A stretch of DNA of 64,000 nucleotides from Massalongia carnosa. Its lineage: Eukaryota. The position numbers and the translations under genes are program-made. This document shows, one piece after another, positions 36,217-48,535 of this stretch; within the stretch, counting starts at the first letter, position 1; each line of letters opens with the position of its first letter. The notes below the pieces were generated by a model. The model searched no databases. It had not been told where the DNA came from and saw only the letters and a program-made list of their open reading frames with translations. The stretch spans positions 1,116,001 through 1,180,000 of the forward strand of contig OZ287068.1 of assembly GCA_965645245.1 (NCBI GenBank), read 5' to 3'.

Positions 36217-36900
36217 CTATAGGATCCACGTTGACAAGGCGGGGGAGACAGGGGGCGCCCGAGTACGTCTTGAATTGAAAGATTTGCACAGTATGACTCT
36301 TGTACAGGCTTTCTCAAAGTGCCGAGAGCCAATTGAAACTATCTTTGAAATGCCTTCGAGCTTCAATGTTCTCGAGCGCAGCTGGGTTGTTGGGCCACAT
36401 GGTCTCGCCATCATAACCCTACTCGGTCTCAATAACCATCTGCAGTTCTCGTAGTAATAAATTCCCTTTATTAGCTTAGATCTACTTGAAAATATCAAGA
36501 ATAGATTCACCACGACATAGGAATGTGAAGAGCATAGGGTCGATTACAAGCACAGCCAGATCGATGCGGAGTCTCCTAATGCGAGGTCCATGGTTTCCCA
36601 AAAACTTGTCCTGCCTTTTAACGCTGTGATTGTTTGTTTTCAGTCTGAGCAAGAATATGTTCCTTTCGTAGAAATACGTCGTTCCTTCCATATTAATCTG
36701 TCAGAAGTGAACAAGAGACCATGTGGTTTGGTCAAAATATGGTGCCCTTTGGTTTCTGTTGGCTCACTGTGAAGCAGCATAAGCTCATAGATCTCATTGC
36801 GAATCTCTCCTGGAAGCGTAAGGAGGGTGGCAGGTGAATCGATGTCCTATCTGCTGGCTTCGTTGCTGGTAGTTATAAGAACACAGAACAGCATAGAGAT
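36217..36900 (-). pseudogene. Possible decayed F-box-like (LLxLPxEIRxxIY-type) gene
   Basis: LLTLPGEIRNEIYELML near 36780-36830, then a frameshift before EGTTYFYERNIF; GISKIVSIG further downstream. Confidence 0.45.
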
Positions 36901-39900
36901 CTGGTTGACTGACGATAGAGAAGCAAGGAACTTGCCCTTTAAAATAGTATATATTGATGGTTCTTTCCTAACCATACGAGTGTTCAAGATATGTATTTTT
37001 ATCCTCACATACAACTCGTTATTAAGTTCTGTCTCCTGACTTGGTTCTTGGAAATAGGAATAATTAGAGAGCCGTAGTGTTATTTCAATGATTGAATCTC
37101 AGGCTTACCAGTTATATAACATTTTTACAAGTCAGCGGCAATGACTCTTTCATATACACTTGTATGAAGATAACTGGAATGACATAAAAGGATAAACAAT
37201 AACTTTCTTCACCATAATAGATAAATTTTTAAGGTTAGGAACATATCATCACACAATCAAGTTATTTATAGAGTGAAAGAGTATGTACTGCCAATTTCAT
37301 AGTAAAAAAACGATATATGATCTGAATGATCAAACCATAATGAGTTTGATACACTGAAACTACTTACATAACCATCACAATGCACTCCCATGGGACCATT
37401 CGATCAATGCTGGATTTGCATTGCTTCGAAACTTTCTTTTTATAACTATTCGCTGGCAGGTAATTTCGCGGTGTTTTGAATTAGTATTAAAGTAAGGATT
37501 TTATTCCTTTTAGGATTAGCCTACTGGCGGGTAAGAGGGATTTATCGCCTTCAATATTGAGGTGACTCCAAAGACATCGGTCACGAAACAATGAAGATAA
37601 GAATACCATCGTCATTTCTGCGTCGTTCTTCTGTTCTGTCCAAGTCAAACTCATTTTCTGACGGCATCCACATGCTTTTATCACGTTCATCTCCCAAAGC
37701 CATTTCTCCAGTTGGAGTCTCCCAGTTTCCTCTTGTTGCCGCCTTTTCTCCAGGCATGTCCGTCATCGCTGCCTCCTTGAGCCCAAGTCATATTTTCTCC
37801 AAAGCAGTCCAGTCATCCATCACCATTTCGACAGTCTCGGCGTTCAAGGGGATTACCAAACAGGCACCGCCGTTTAGCATCGGTCATACCTCAAGATCGA
37901 GCCAATACCGCCAAATCTTCGTCAAGTACACTTCATGCAGTCGGAGATCTTTCAGCAGGTCCAGAATAACATGCGTCACGAAAATGGGCTCATGTTGCCC
38001 TGCTGTCGAGATCGACTCTGCGAAACAAGGCGAGAGCACTCCTTTGTGAAATCTTAGTACTAAGATTATAAATTAATCGAGTTAAACGCCGCGATTAGGA
38101 TTAGATGTCTGCATAATCCGTGTCATAGTATCGTGCATGACGCTGAGATGACACTCGTGGAAAGAAAAACTGGGACCATTGGTATTGTAGAGACTGGATT
38201 GATCCTGATGTCTGAAATATTCATGAGACGGAAATTCTCGAAAGCTCTAAGCCTCTTGGTTAAGTGTAAGAGGTGCGGGGAGGGCAACCTAGGGGCCGAA
38301 TAGTACCCATTAAGGGTAGATAGGCCCCGAAAGACCGGCGAGGAACATTAGGTTTGAGTTGAGCCACGGTGTAGCTCCCTTGAAATCAAAGCCGCTCTCC
38401 GACATGAACAAACGGTATGACGGACTTTCAGTTCACGTACCCAACCCGTTGGCATACAGGATATGCCTTCTTAAAAATTTGCACGATTCGAAAATTACCG
38501 CGAGTTGCGAGCTTTATGGAGAGGTGGAGTATATCACCTCCTCAAGTAAAATTGTCGAATAAGGAGTAAGATGGACAACCGTCAATATCCCTCCATCATT
38601 TTGCTAGCACGTCACCTACCTTCGTCCAAGTTGCCTCATCCCCTTCCATTTGATATTCCTGGACTATTTCATCCTGCAACGCAAATAGATGTGCATCCGC
38701 ATTTACTGCAAGTGAGGTGAAGTTTTTCTATCGTTCAAGGCTGCAGGTTTCTCCACGGTGCTAGGTCTAGTCGTTTCCTCACTATTTTAGTATAATACCA
38801 TCCGTCGTACCGCTCACAATTCCCATGGAAAGTTGTCTGCCCCTAGAGCCAATGCCTCATGCGATAGCTACAATTAGAACTTACTTAGGATTTTGCTGGA
38901 AAGGGTAATCTTCACTTGATGTCCACATGTTACGAGGATCTTTCAATAGAGGTCAGCAAACCCCCCAGCGTCCACACCGTTGATACTACCTACCATTTTC
39001 ATACTCTCAACTGAGAGCACATATGCTTCCGCTCTTGGATTGGTAATACAGTCAAACGTTGACCGAAAACTTTGGTTGCCATTTAATAATCATGGATAGA
39101 TTCGTCGCTGAGATCACATTGGCGTCAAGAGTAGACCATGTCCAGCCCGTGCAGATGTGTCTCCCCACTTCAAACTACCATCAACATCCTCATAAGTAAG
39201 GAGTAATGTATTGGAGCATGCCTTGCACCCATCATGCCTCACCCATACTGCGGCCAATTGTGAGTTGTTGGCAGCCACGCGTTTCAAAGCGCTGAGAGGT
39301 GCATCTTTAATGCTTATTCCATCTATGGACGCCCATTCAAGTATAGCTTCTTAAACGTGGACATGGTCGTGGGCCCAAATAACTTGCTGTCCCAAAGGAT
39401 TGCCAAAATCCAACATTCATATTTCCAGTCTATATTTAATTGGTTAATTACTGATAAGTGAGAGCTGCGTTATGCGGAGCGCTTGGTAGCACCTGTGCGA
39501 TCTTTTCTTTGTTCTGGGGGAGGCACCTTTGGCGTCCGCCAGCCAGAGACCGGGACGTGACCGTTCGTTTCACCACCTACTCCCACTGTCCATTCCATTT
39601 ACCACCACTGAGTAGTGAAAGTTTAGCAGATGATTCAGAAGTTTCATGAAAGGTGATCTATGGGTGGTCTGTCCGCAGACGATTTGGAAGTAAACATACG
39701 CCAAAAGTATAGTTGTACTTTGTACTCCGTAGCATAAAAGTCTTGACTTCATGAATTACCGTCATGGCCCCGTTTCAGCATTAGGTGTTTCTTGAGCTAG
39801 TCCGCTTTGGGATCCAAGGATTTGACGCCGATCTAGGTCGGGATCATGCAACATCTTTGCGGATTCCTATATGATAGATCCCGCACTCCAAGAGAAAAAA

Positions 39901-40547
39901 AAGTTTACATGCGGTAATACCTATGGCAGCTCATTGAGACGCATGAGAAAACCAAGTAGGTACGGATACCTCAATCCAGTTTCGATGAATGAATGAAGTT
40001 AGTTACCACACGGCTACACCGCACGGCTCCAGAAGTCTCCCAGGCTCATGCTCAGAAAAGGTAGTTATGTGATGCAGCATTCCGTGTATAAAGATGCTGC
40101 TCAAGAGTTGCTCAAGAAGCATGAAGATACTGGCATCCAGCGACTTTCCTGGATATCGCACAGCTTGTGATCTCTCCTGGCCACCTCAATTCAAAGCTGC
40201 GCGGCTAAATGAGCACTATCTAGCTGCCCTCAAAGAAATCCGTACAAAGCATCTGGTAAGTAACTGGTAAGCAAGCATGTTCAAAAGATTTCTTAACAAA
40301 TACTCATACGACCGTCTAACCAAAATTGGTCTATGTGGTTTTCCGTAATGGCAAAGCTACGCTCTATCCATCAAACAGTGGAGCAGAAAGTGATGAACTA
40401 GGCTGCATGAAAGGATTTTTGTGATTCTTTACCAAACAATCTTGCTTTTTTTTTATAAAAAAAAAACCTGTTCAGTTCTATCCAGCTTCGTTATCATCCA
40501 ACCAATCCGTCGTTCCGGCAAGAAATAACTTTTCGTATCATTCGAAA

Positions 40548-41288
40548 ATGAGCGATCATTTAGAGCGAAGCATTTCCCCAAGCCCGCAGTTTAACCAGCA
40601 TTATCCTTCCCTTGGCCACTTCCTAGTAGATCCGGAAACAACGCCTGAGCTCGAACCCTCGCTCTCGATTGCAACAAGTTCACTGATCACCCTCCAAGTG
40701 GGCGAGCGCCGCTTTATTACCACAGCAGATACACTGATGCAGGAAAGCTCTTTTTTCTCTTCCTTGCTATCGGGGCGTTGGAAAGACAATACCGAGTCAG
40801 ACGGGTCATATTTCATCGACGCAGACGGTGACGTGTTTAAGCATATTCTCCGGTACTGGCGGCACGGTGTATTCCCTCTGTTCTACGACAAACCCAGGGG
40901 TTATGATCGGCAGCTGTACCAATTGCTGTTGGAGCAGGCGCGTTACTTTGGGATTCCGTCACTGGTGAACTGGATCAAGGACCAGAAATACCTCCAGGCG
41001 GTGCAGATTACCACCTCATTTCATGAAGTTGAGGGTATGGCTGTGAGCTCGGAGACGACTGGGGCAGATCTGGAGGTGGAATACCACCCCAAGTGGACTG
41101 TGGAGAAAGTCTACTTGTGTCCACGGGGCATATTTGTTCACAAAGGGAATCCGAGCGCGTGTGGGAGAGTATGCAAGAACGTTCAGGGAGACGGAGATAA
41201 TGAGTACGAAAACAAGGATGTTCTCAAGACTCTGGTGATTACAAGAAAACCAATTTTCAACCAGCAAGTTTGCACCGGTAGAGAATGA
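40548..41288 (+). CDS. BTB/POZ (KCTD/T1-type) domain protein, intronless
   Basis: ITLQVGERRFITTADTL, FFSSLLSGRW, YFIDADGDVFKHILRYWR, LLEQARYFGI; C-terminal CPRGIFVH...CGRVC. Confidence 0.88.
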   Translation: MSDHLERSISPSPQFNQHYPSLGHFLVDPETTPELEPSLSIATSSLITLQVGERRFITTADTLMQESSFFSSLLSGRWKDNTESDGSYFIDADGDVFKHILRYWRHGVFPLFYDKPRGYDRQLYQLLLEQARYFGIPSLVNWIKDQKYLQAVQITTSFHEVEGMAVSSETTGADLEVEYHPKWTVEKVYLCPRGIFVHKGNPSACGRVCKNVQGDGDNEYENKDVLKTLVITRKPIFNQQVCTGRE

Positions 41289-41728
41289 GCTTGTTGGCCT
41301 TGCTCTCCTCCTGCTTTTGTTCACGGGCGATTGAGGCTTGGTGGTTGCTAGTTATGATCTTACCGCCACCTCCTAGCATAGCAATCTGTCCATCCCCACC
41401 TATTAGGCTAGCTTGATAAGAAGAAACGCGAAGAGCAAAATCGTCTGTTCACATGAATCCTACCTACAGTTCCCCCTTGTACCCCCTTATTCCCTTATAA
41501 GACGCATTGACAACTCCAGAGAATTCGTCCTAAATCCATCTCCGAACTTTGCCTGCCCACTCCCATCGATCTTGAAAGAAGTTCCCTCCGAGGCCTTAGA
41601 GTAACAAAAACTTGGCAAAAGCGCTACACAAACTAAAGGGAATTGCCACTGTTGAAAACGCCCTTTAGGTATAGATTACTTTATGAGGACCAAACTTACC
41701 TGTACCATAAGGCAGACATACATGACTG

Positions 41729-44041
41729 TAGGGCTCTGAAAATTTCGAAATTTTGACAAGGTCGCACGAAAATTTCATCACGTGTGCGCGCCAAGCATGA
41801 AATTTTCGAAATTTATTACTAAGCACATATACATATCCTGTAGATAGATCGATACCTCATTTTGATAGTCACTCTCATACATTTAAAGGTATCTTCCGAT
41901 TTTATACTCATGGCTCAACGCGGTGGAAGAAAGAAAAATTCTCTAACTGAGGAGAATTTCAAAGACGTGATCACCATGGGATTGAAAAAACCTCAGCATC
42001 AATGCATTCATTGTGGTCATCAGACTACCAAGAATGCTGTAAGAGGACTATCACATTTAGATCAATGTGATGCCTACAAACAGAAGATAACAAAGAAGGA
42101 AGATGCCTCGTTCAGTTCTAGATCAATCCAACTGCCCATTACCACCATGATTCGTCCCCTTAGCCAGAGTCAAATTGCTCATGCTCATCGCGAGGCGGCG
42201 ATGTCTGTTTATATGACAAATCTTCCCTTCAACCACTTCGAGAATCCCTATGTTATTGCGGCATTTCAAGCTCTTTCTCCTGGATACAAGCCCCCTCATG
42301 CCAGACTGATGGCTGGACGATTGTTGGATGAAGCCTATGAAACAGTTAAATTCAAAATAAATCAAGAATTGAATGCTTGCAATCATCTCAGCTTTTTTAC
42401 CGACGAGACAGCCAACATTCGAAAAGAGCGAGTAATAAATCTCTGCTGTCACGTTCCCACATCTGTCACTTCTAGTGGCGGAGGATTTCAGCTAAAAGCT
42501 GATGTCGGAGTGGCGGAAAAAATGACGGCAGTCGTACAAGCTGAATGGGTGATAAATGGATGTAGGGATGCTACCAACAATCAGCTTGAAAGGGTTAATT
42601 GTATCTGCACCGACACGTGCTCTACAATGAAAGCCATGTGGACGGAAATTTCGAAAAGTGCAGAGATGAAGCATGTTTTCTTCGTACCTTGCGATAGTCA
42701 TGGTTTGCAGCTATTGTTAGGAGACATTTTGAAATTTCCTTATTTTACAGATGTTATAGAAAAGGCTCAGTTGATCGTCATCAGTTTTCGCGGATCAAAT
42801 AAGGAATTAGCCAGTTTATGGAAATACCAAATGAAGGCATACAAACAGCGTCGTTCCTTGGTTCTCAACGTTCTCACCAGATGGGGTACGACGGTTGGTC
42901 TTTTAAATTCAGTACTGAATAATCAACAGGCCTTGTTGGATTATTTTCAGCAGAAGAATCCAGGCATAGATCAGGGAAGAAATAAACCTTTGGGAAGTTT
43001 CGTCAACGATTATTCCTTTTGGAAGAAACTGACCATGGTCAAAAAGATACTGAATCCCATTCATAAACTTCAGTACATGTCCGAAGCCGAGGGATATAAG
43101 CTATACACCGTAACAAATAACTGGAATATCATTCGCTCTCATCTGTACTCGATGGCCGAAGAAGAAAGCGACAGTGAGGCGGATCTATATCACATTGCTC
43201 ACGTCGTTTGGGAAGATAGATATCTCAGTCAAATAACAGAGCTTCATGTGGTTGCATCTCTTCTGCTTCCGCAAAATCGTACGATAAAGGTGGTCGGAGT
43301 TACTACAGAACATGCTTTTTCATCGATCATGCATAGATTCTTTGCTCGATATCTGAATGCTGAAGATAGCATCGTTGCCATGAGACAATGGCTTGCTTTT
43401 CGAGATCAGGAAGATGGATTTCATGCAAACTCAGAAGGTTGGACTTATCAGATGACACCGGAGCTGTTTTGGAATTTTTGCAAGCATTTTGCATTGATTC
43501 TTAGCAAGCTGGCCAGAAAGGTAATGATGCTTCCTGGCAATTCAGTGCTGGCAGAAAGAAGTTGGTCGGTCATGAATTTGATCATGAACAAGACTCGAAA
43601 TTCCATGGCATCGATCAACGTGGATAAGCTGATGTTTATTTATCTGAATGAAAGAACTCTTAACCGACCGAAAGAAATCAAAAGGAAGCTACAATTCGCA
43701 GGCATTGACATAGAAGAAGACGATCTATGTGAGATGGAAGACAGATTGTTGCAGGAAGAAATCTCTCTGCAAGAAACAGCGACAGTAAAATCGTTGAAAC
43801 GACCAGCAAGTCAAGCGATAGAGGGAGATGCGGTCAGGCTCAGAGATACTTGAGATTGTATGAAGATTAATAGCTAAATCAAGTTCCTCGTTCCTATTTT
43901 CCGCTTTCCCCGCACCCCCCCTCCCCCCTGCCTACCCCCCTGCAAAACATCCATGAAAATTTCACTCGTGAAAGTCGCAGTGAAACTTTCATCCCGATCG
44001 GGTTAGGCAAAATTTCATGAAAGTTTCATTTCAGAGCCCTA
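41729..44041 (+). mobile_element. hAT-superfamily DNA transposon, 2313 bp
   Basis: 13-bp perfect TIR TAGGGCTCTGAAA; 8-bp TSD CATGACTG at 41721-41728 and 44042-44049; subterminal GAAA(A/T/C)TTTC motifs at both ends. Confidence 0.96.
41910..43853 (+). CDS. hAT transposase, 647 aa, uninterrupted
   Basis: BED-like CIHC...HLDQC; FFTDET (D), CTDTC (D), CDSH (CxxH), TRW, NSVLAERSWS (E), C-terminal dimerisation region. Confidence 0.92.
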   Translation: MAQRGGRKKNSLTEENFKDVITMGLKKPQHQCIHCGHQTTKNAVRGLSHLDQCDAYKQKITKKEDASFSSRSIQLPITTMIRPLSQSQIAHAHREAAMSVYMTNLPFNHFENPYVIAAFQALSPGYKPPHARLMAGRLLDEAYETVKFKINQELNACNHLSFFTDETANIRKERVINLCCHVPTSVTSSGGGFQLKADVGVAEKMTAVVQAEWVINGCRDATNNQLERVNCICTDTCSTMKAMWTEISKSAEMKHVFFVPCDSHGLQLLLGDILKFPYFTDVIEKAQLIVISFRGSNKELASLWKYQMKAYKQRRSLVLNVLTRWGTTVGLLNSVLNNQQALLDYFQQKNPGIDQGRNKPLGSFVNDYSFWKKLTMVKKILNPIHKLQYMSEAEGYKLYTVTNNWNIIRSHLYSMAEEESDSEADLYHIAHVVWEDRYLSQITELHVVASLLLPQNRTIKVVGVTTEHAFSSIMHRFFARYLNAEDSIVAMRQWLAFRDQEDGFHANSEGWTYQMTPELFWNFCKHFALILSKLARKVMMLPGNSVLAERSWSVMNLIMNKTRNSMASINVDKLMFIYLNERTLNRPKEIKRKLQFAGIDIEEDDLCEMEDRLLQEEISLQETATVKSLKRPASQAIEGDAVRLRDT

Positions 44042-44786
44042 CATGACTGGAGTTATGCAATACCAAGCGTGGGGAAAGCCACTGTTTTGTAAGTAGTTAG
44101 TTACAACAAACAAAGTCCCGGTTTCTCAGCGCCAAATTCCTGTTATGTACGCCTGGCGTTTGAGGAAATTGTTTGATAAAATAATACTCCGTACCTTCAG
44201 ATATGTAATGTAACTACATACAGTAGGTTACGTACAACGGGGGTTGGGGGGGAGAAACTTAACTATTGTAATCTACAGAAAACGCCATCGTACTGGATAA
44301 CCACGCAGGAACAGATCACTAGATACTCGCAAGCTGACAAATTACAATTCTCCTCGCAGATCTGTTTTCGGTTGTTGCATTCAGCGCCTGCATCTGCATC
44401 GCACCAGTACCATTGAAATCATGCATTGCTACCACCACCAGTTTTTATTGGCGTTCCACGTTGTGCTGCTGTACAGAAGTATCGGCTCTAGATGCATAAA
44501 CATCCTTCATGGCGTGCTCCGGACATGCTCGGGTGGAGAAATAGCGACATCACACCCTGGGTTTGGCGGTGGTTATTGGACGGCTCGCTCGAATGTATGA
44601 TGACATTCGATGGCCAGATCATATAGTCGATAGTAGCTACAGAGGACCTTGATAGAGGTACATATCTAGATACATATATGACCCCCTCCTTCCTCTTCCC
44701 AAGGCTCTATAGGTGCGCAGGCAATAAACATTTGATCGGTGAATTACCCGTTAAACATTGAAGCTTCATTAAGCTAGTTAGCAGTC

Positions 44787-45959
44787 ATGGCACCCTTGGT
44801 AAAACTGGCTATCCAGATTCTATTTGGTTCTACTTATACAGACTTATCCATTTCCCCTGAGGCAACGTACCCACAAATCCCGAACCATGAGGTAAACGAA
44901 TTGGCTCCTCTGACGCGCAGCTCGATAAGCCTCTCCTCCGTTTCATGGGGCCATAATCGCTTGGACGTCTTCGCGAGCGGCTTGAATGAGGGAAGCGTCC
45001 AACATAAGTACTGGGACGGTTATCAATGGGGACCGTCGGTGAAAGAATTGGAGTCGCTTGGCGGTTCTACCAGCAGTCCACCGATAGCCGTTTCATGGGG
45101 TCCTAATAGAACTGACATCTTTATTACCGGACAAGACCAGGGCTTATACCACAAGTACTGGGACGGGTTCAGCTGGAGCCCATCACAAAAGAACTGGGAG
45201 AGCCTCGGAGGAAGTCTATCCGTATCATTGGCTATCGCGGCTACTTCCTGGGGTCCAAATCGTCTGGATGTCTTTGGGATTGGCCCGGATGATGAAGGTA
45301 AACTTGCGCTATGGCATAAATACTGGGATGGATCCAGCTGGGGGCCAAGTGACGACAAATTAGAGCACTTGGGTGGCGACTTCATAAGCGAACCTGCAGC
45401 GATATCATGGGGCCCCAATCGCAATGACGTATTCGCTGTTGATCGTAAAAGAAACTTACTCCATATATACTGGGATGGAAGCTCCTGGAGCCCCTGGACG
45501 ATCATTGGGGACAAGTTTGCCAGCACCCCAACAGTCGTCTCATGGGGCTCCAATCGTCTCGACATCTTCGGTGTCCGCACCGACAGCCAGCTCTACCACA
45601 AATACTGGGACGGTAGCCAATGGTCCGACTGGGCAGATTTCGGCGGGGAATTCGCGGGCGCAGTCACAGCCACGAGTTGGAGTGCCAATCGCCTGGATAT
45701 TGTCGGGTTGGGGCAGGACTTTCAGTATCACTACAAGTATTGGGACGGCAGCCAGTGGAACCCCTCGGTAGATGGATGGTATGCGAAAAACGGCAGTTTC
45801 TATTCGGCACCCTCAGCCGTGAGCTGGGCAGCCAACCGCCTAGATATTTTTGGTGTGGATGAGGATGGGCAACTCGCACACCAGACTTGGTACGGCGGTG
45901 GGTGGTATCCGTCAGCGAGCTCGTGGGAGACCTTAGGTGGGCCTTTACAAGCCTTCTAA
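44787..45959 (+). CDS. Seven-bladed beta-propeller lectin (PLL-like/fucose-binding type), intronless
   Basis: Seven repeats of xSWx(x)NRxD(V/I)(F/V) each followed by H(K/I/Q)(Y/T)W(D/Y)G..W and W..LGG-like motifs. Confidence 0.85.
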   Translation: MAPLVKLAIQILFGSTYTDLSISPEATYPQIPNHEVNELAPLTRSSISLSSVSWGHNRLDVFASGLNEGSVQHKYWDGYQWGPSVKELESLGGSTSSPPIAVSWGPNRTDIFITGQDQGLYHKYWDGFSWSPSQKNWESLGGSLSVSLAIAATSWGPNRLDVFGIGPDDEGKLALWHKYWDGSSWGPSDDKLEHLGGDFISEPAAISWGPNRNDVFAVDRKRNLLHIYWDGSSWSPWTIIGDKFASTPTVVSWGSNRLDIFGVRTDSQLYHKYWDGSQWSDWADFGGEFAGAVTATSWSANRLDIVGLGQDFQYHYKYWDGSQWNPSVDGWYAKNGSFYSAPSAVSWAANRLDIFGVDEDGQLAHQTWYGGGWYPSASSWETLGGPLQAF

Positions 45960-46826
45960 AATGGTGCATGGACAGTTTGGGCATTAGCCAGGGCATGACT
46001 AGAAAATCCATCGATTCATGCATGGAACACACAGAGAAAAGGCGTTGGTTCTTGGTTCGAGGATGGGTCCTGTCTGGGGCGCCTCAAGTTTTGGGCTGAC
46101 ACTCTTTTGGCTAGTATAGAAAATATATATATGGCCTACAGAGGGGATATTTGTCTCATGAATCGCTCTCTCTTTCCTTTCTTGATCTCGAATAAAAAAC
46201 TTTGCTGGGTTAAAAACAAACTCCCAACGAACTATCAATTCGATTGATTATTTCCAACGCAGAAGTTTTATCATAAGATACATGAGAAAAGCAAACAAGC
46301 GACTCTGAAGATTAAAGCGCCAGAAACCCATCAAGTTACCTTCATACTTGTAGAATGGAAGTCACCCCCCTGATTCCCTTTCGAAATTGAGGCACCTACT
46401 ATGATGTACTCTAATGATGCATAGATGCAAGTGTACTTTCCAGAGAGGATAGCACGAACATTATCCCCCATAAAGAGGGAAACTCCACATAAGAAATGAT
46501 GAACAGAATAAGATACTCTGGCGCAAAAGCGTATAGAAGAAGAAATGAGGTCGTTGATCTGCAACCAAAAGCGGAATACTACGGGTCAATGTTTATCCAG
46601 GCTTCAACCCTTACCATCCCCACAAGTTTCTACAGGATCAGCTTAAAAATCAGAAATTATTTCTATTTCAGTTACTCGACATTCTTCTATCCAACACGCT
46701 CCAGTGTTGAAAATCAACCATTGGAGATAGCTCATCAAAATACCATAGCTGTACTGCATTCCTCCATCGTTTGCCCGAATATCCCGCCTGGTCATCTTTG
46801 GCCCAGCAAAACTTTCCTACTCCACC

Positions 46827-48535
46827 ATGTCGACTAGCCAACCCGGCCCTGATCCAGCAGATAAGCCACAAAAGGTAAAGCCAGAGAAACCAGATGAACA
46901 GCTGTACAAAGAGAACCTTTCGAAGGCCGAAAAGGAGCACACAACGGCTCAGGAGAAAGTGGTAGGTTTATGACCCACTATCAATGACAATTTTATCTTG
47001 CTGTTCCATACATGCAACCCACTGACTGTAATCTTAAGAATGCCATAAAAGCTAAAATCGACAGCGCGCAACCCTCAAACAAGGACTCCCCGGCTGCTAA
47101 GCGGCAACAAGAATTGCGATCTGAATTAAATACTATACGACAGCAGCAATCCGGTTTCAAATCATCACGAGGGAACATACAGGAGAAAATAGCAGCGCTT
47201 GATGTGCAGTTCAAGTCCCGTGTAGCAGAGCAAAAAATTGCCCGAAGCCGAGTGACTTACAAGAGTGTGGAGGAAGTTGATAGGGAAATACAAAGATTAG
47301 AGAAGCAGGTGGACGCTGGAACAATGAAGCTCGTTGACGAAAAAAAAGCTCTTCAGGAAATTACGAATCTACGAAAGCAGCGAAAAAGCTTTGCTGGATT
47401 CGACGACGCACAAAAAGGTATAGAAGACGTGAAGTCCCAGATAAGCGAGTTGCGTAAAACACTTGACAACCCTGAAGCCAAAGCGTTGAGCCAGAAGTAC
47501 GATGAGATAAACCAGGAGCTAAATACTATCAAGGCTGAACAGGACAAAGCTTACAGCAACCTTAACTCGTTGCGAGATGAACGGACCAAGCTGCATGCTG
47601 ATCAGCAAATCAAATATTCCGCTTTGAAAGAAATCAAGGATCAATATTTTAAAGCAAGGACGGCTTGGCGCGATTACGATCAGGAACAATATCGGATACG
47701 CCAAGAAAGGGCAAAAGCCGAACGGGATGCATACCATAAGGAGAAACGACGGAAGGTTGCCGAGAAGAAACTCGAAGAAGCCAGCGAACCAGCATTTCTC
47801 GAAGAAATATTGACCGCGGAAGGCTTGCTTCGCTGGTTTGATCCATCGTCACCCGAGGCAGCTAAAGCGCTGAGGGGCCCTAGCGGATTTGCGGCTGAAG
47901 CCCAAAGAAGTGTTGATGGCTCCGACATCAAAGGAACCAAGGTATCGAAAAAGGAGGAGCGCGAAGATAACTACTTTATGGGTAATGGCGGGAAAAAGGG
48001 AAAAAAAGGTAAGAAGGGAACAACATCAGGTTCACCGGCTCCTTCGACGCCAACGGAGGGCAAGTACAATCTTCCAGTCGGCATTTTCGAGGAGCTAGCC
48101 AAAATCAATGTCAACCCACCCACAAGCCAGTCGGACGTCCCTGCCATTGTGGAGAAAATCAAACAGAAGCGCGATCAGTGGAAAAGCGAACAAGACACCA
48201 AAACAAAAGCGGTACGGCTGTGATCTAACATTCTCTTCTCCAAGTTACTTGGAAAAAAGCTAACTTGAATTGTTTTTCATTAGAACATTGAAAAAGCGCA
48301 AAAGGAGATTGATCGCCTGGAAGCCGAAGCTCAGGAAACCCGAACCTCCTCTAGCCCGCCACCGCCAAGCAACAACCGAAGGACTCACGATTCAGCCAAG
48401 AAGCAGGCTATCGTGAACCAGGCCGTAAATGGCGCTACGTCTGCGGAGGCGGAGCTGGCGCAGGAGAAGGACGCTGTCGCTGATGTTGCAAAGGATCTGA
48501 AGGAAGCTACAATTGAAGATCACGCTGAAGAATAG
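46827..48535 (+). CDS. BFR1: Nuclear segregation protein Bfr1 homolog
   Basis: Exons 46827-46961, 47039-48211, 48284-48535; KPEKPDE, YKSVEEVDREIQRLEKQVDAGTMKLVDEKKALQEI, LEEASEPAF, YFMGNGGKKGKKGKK. Confidence 0.9.

Noticed and set aside
37480..39420. Possible decayed gene on the minus strand
   Set aside because: Coding-like stretches with stops but no identifiable domain.
18545..46826. Starship-type giant transposon explaining the accessory block
   Set aside because: No tyrosine recombinase captain gene or boundary repeats seen in the window.
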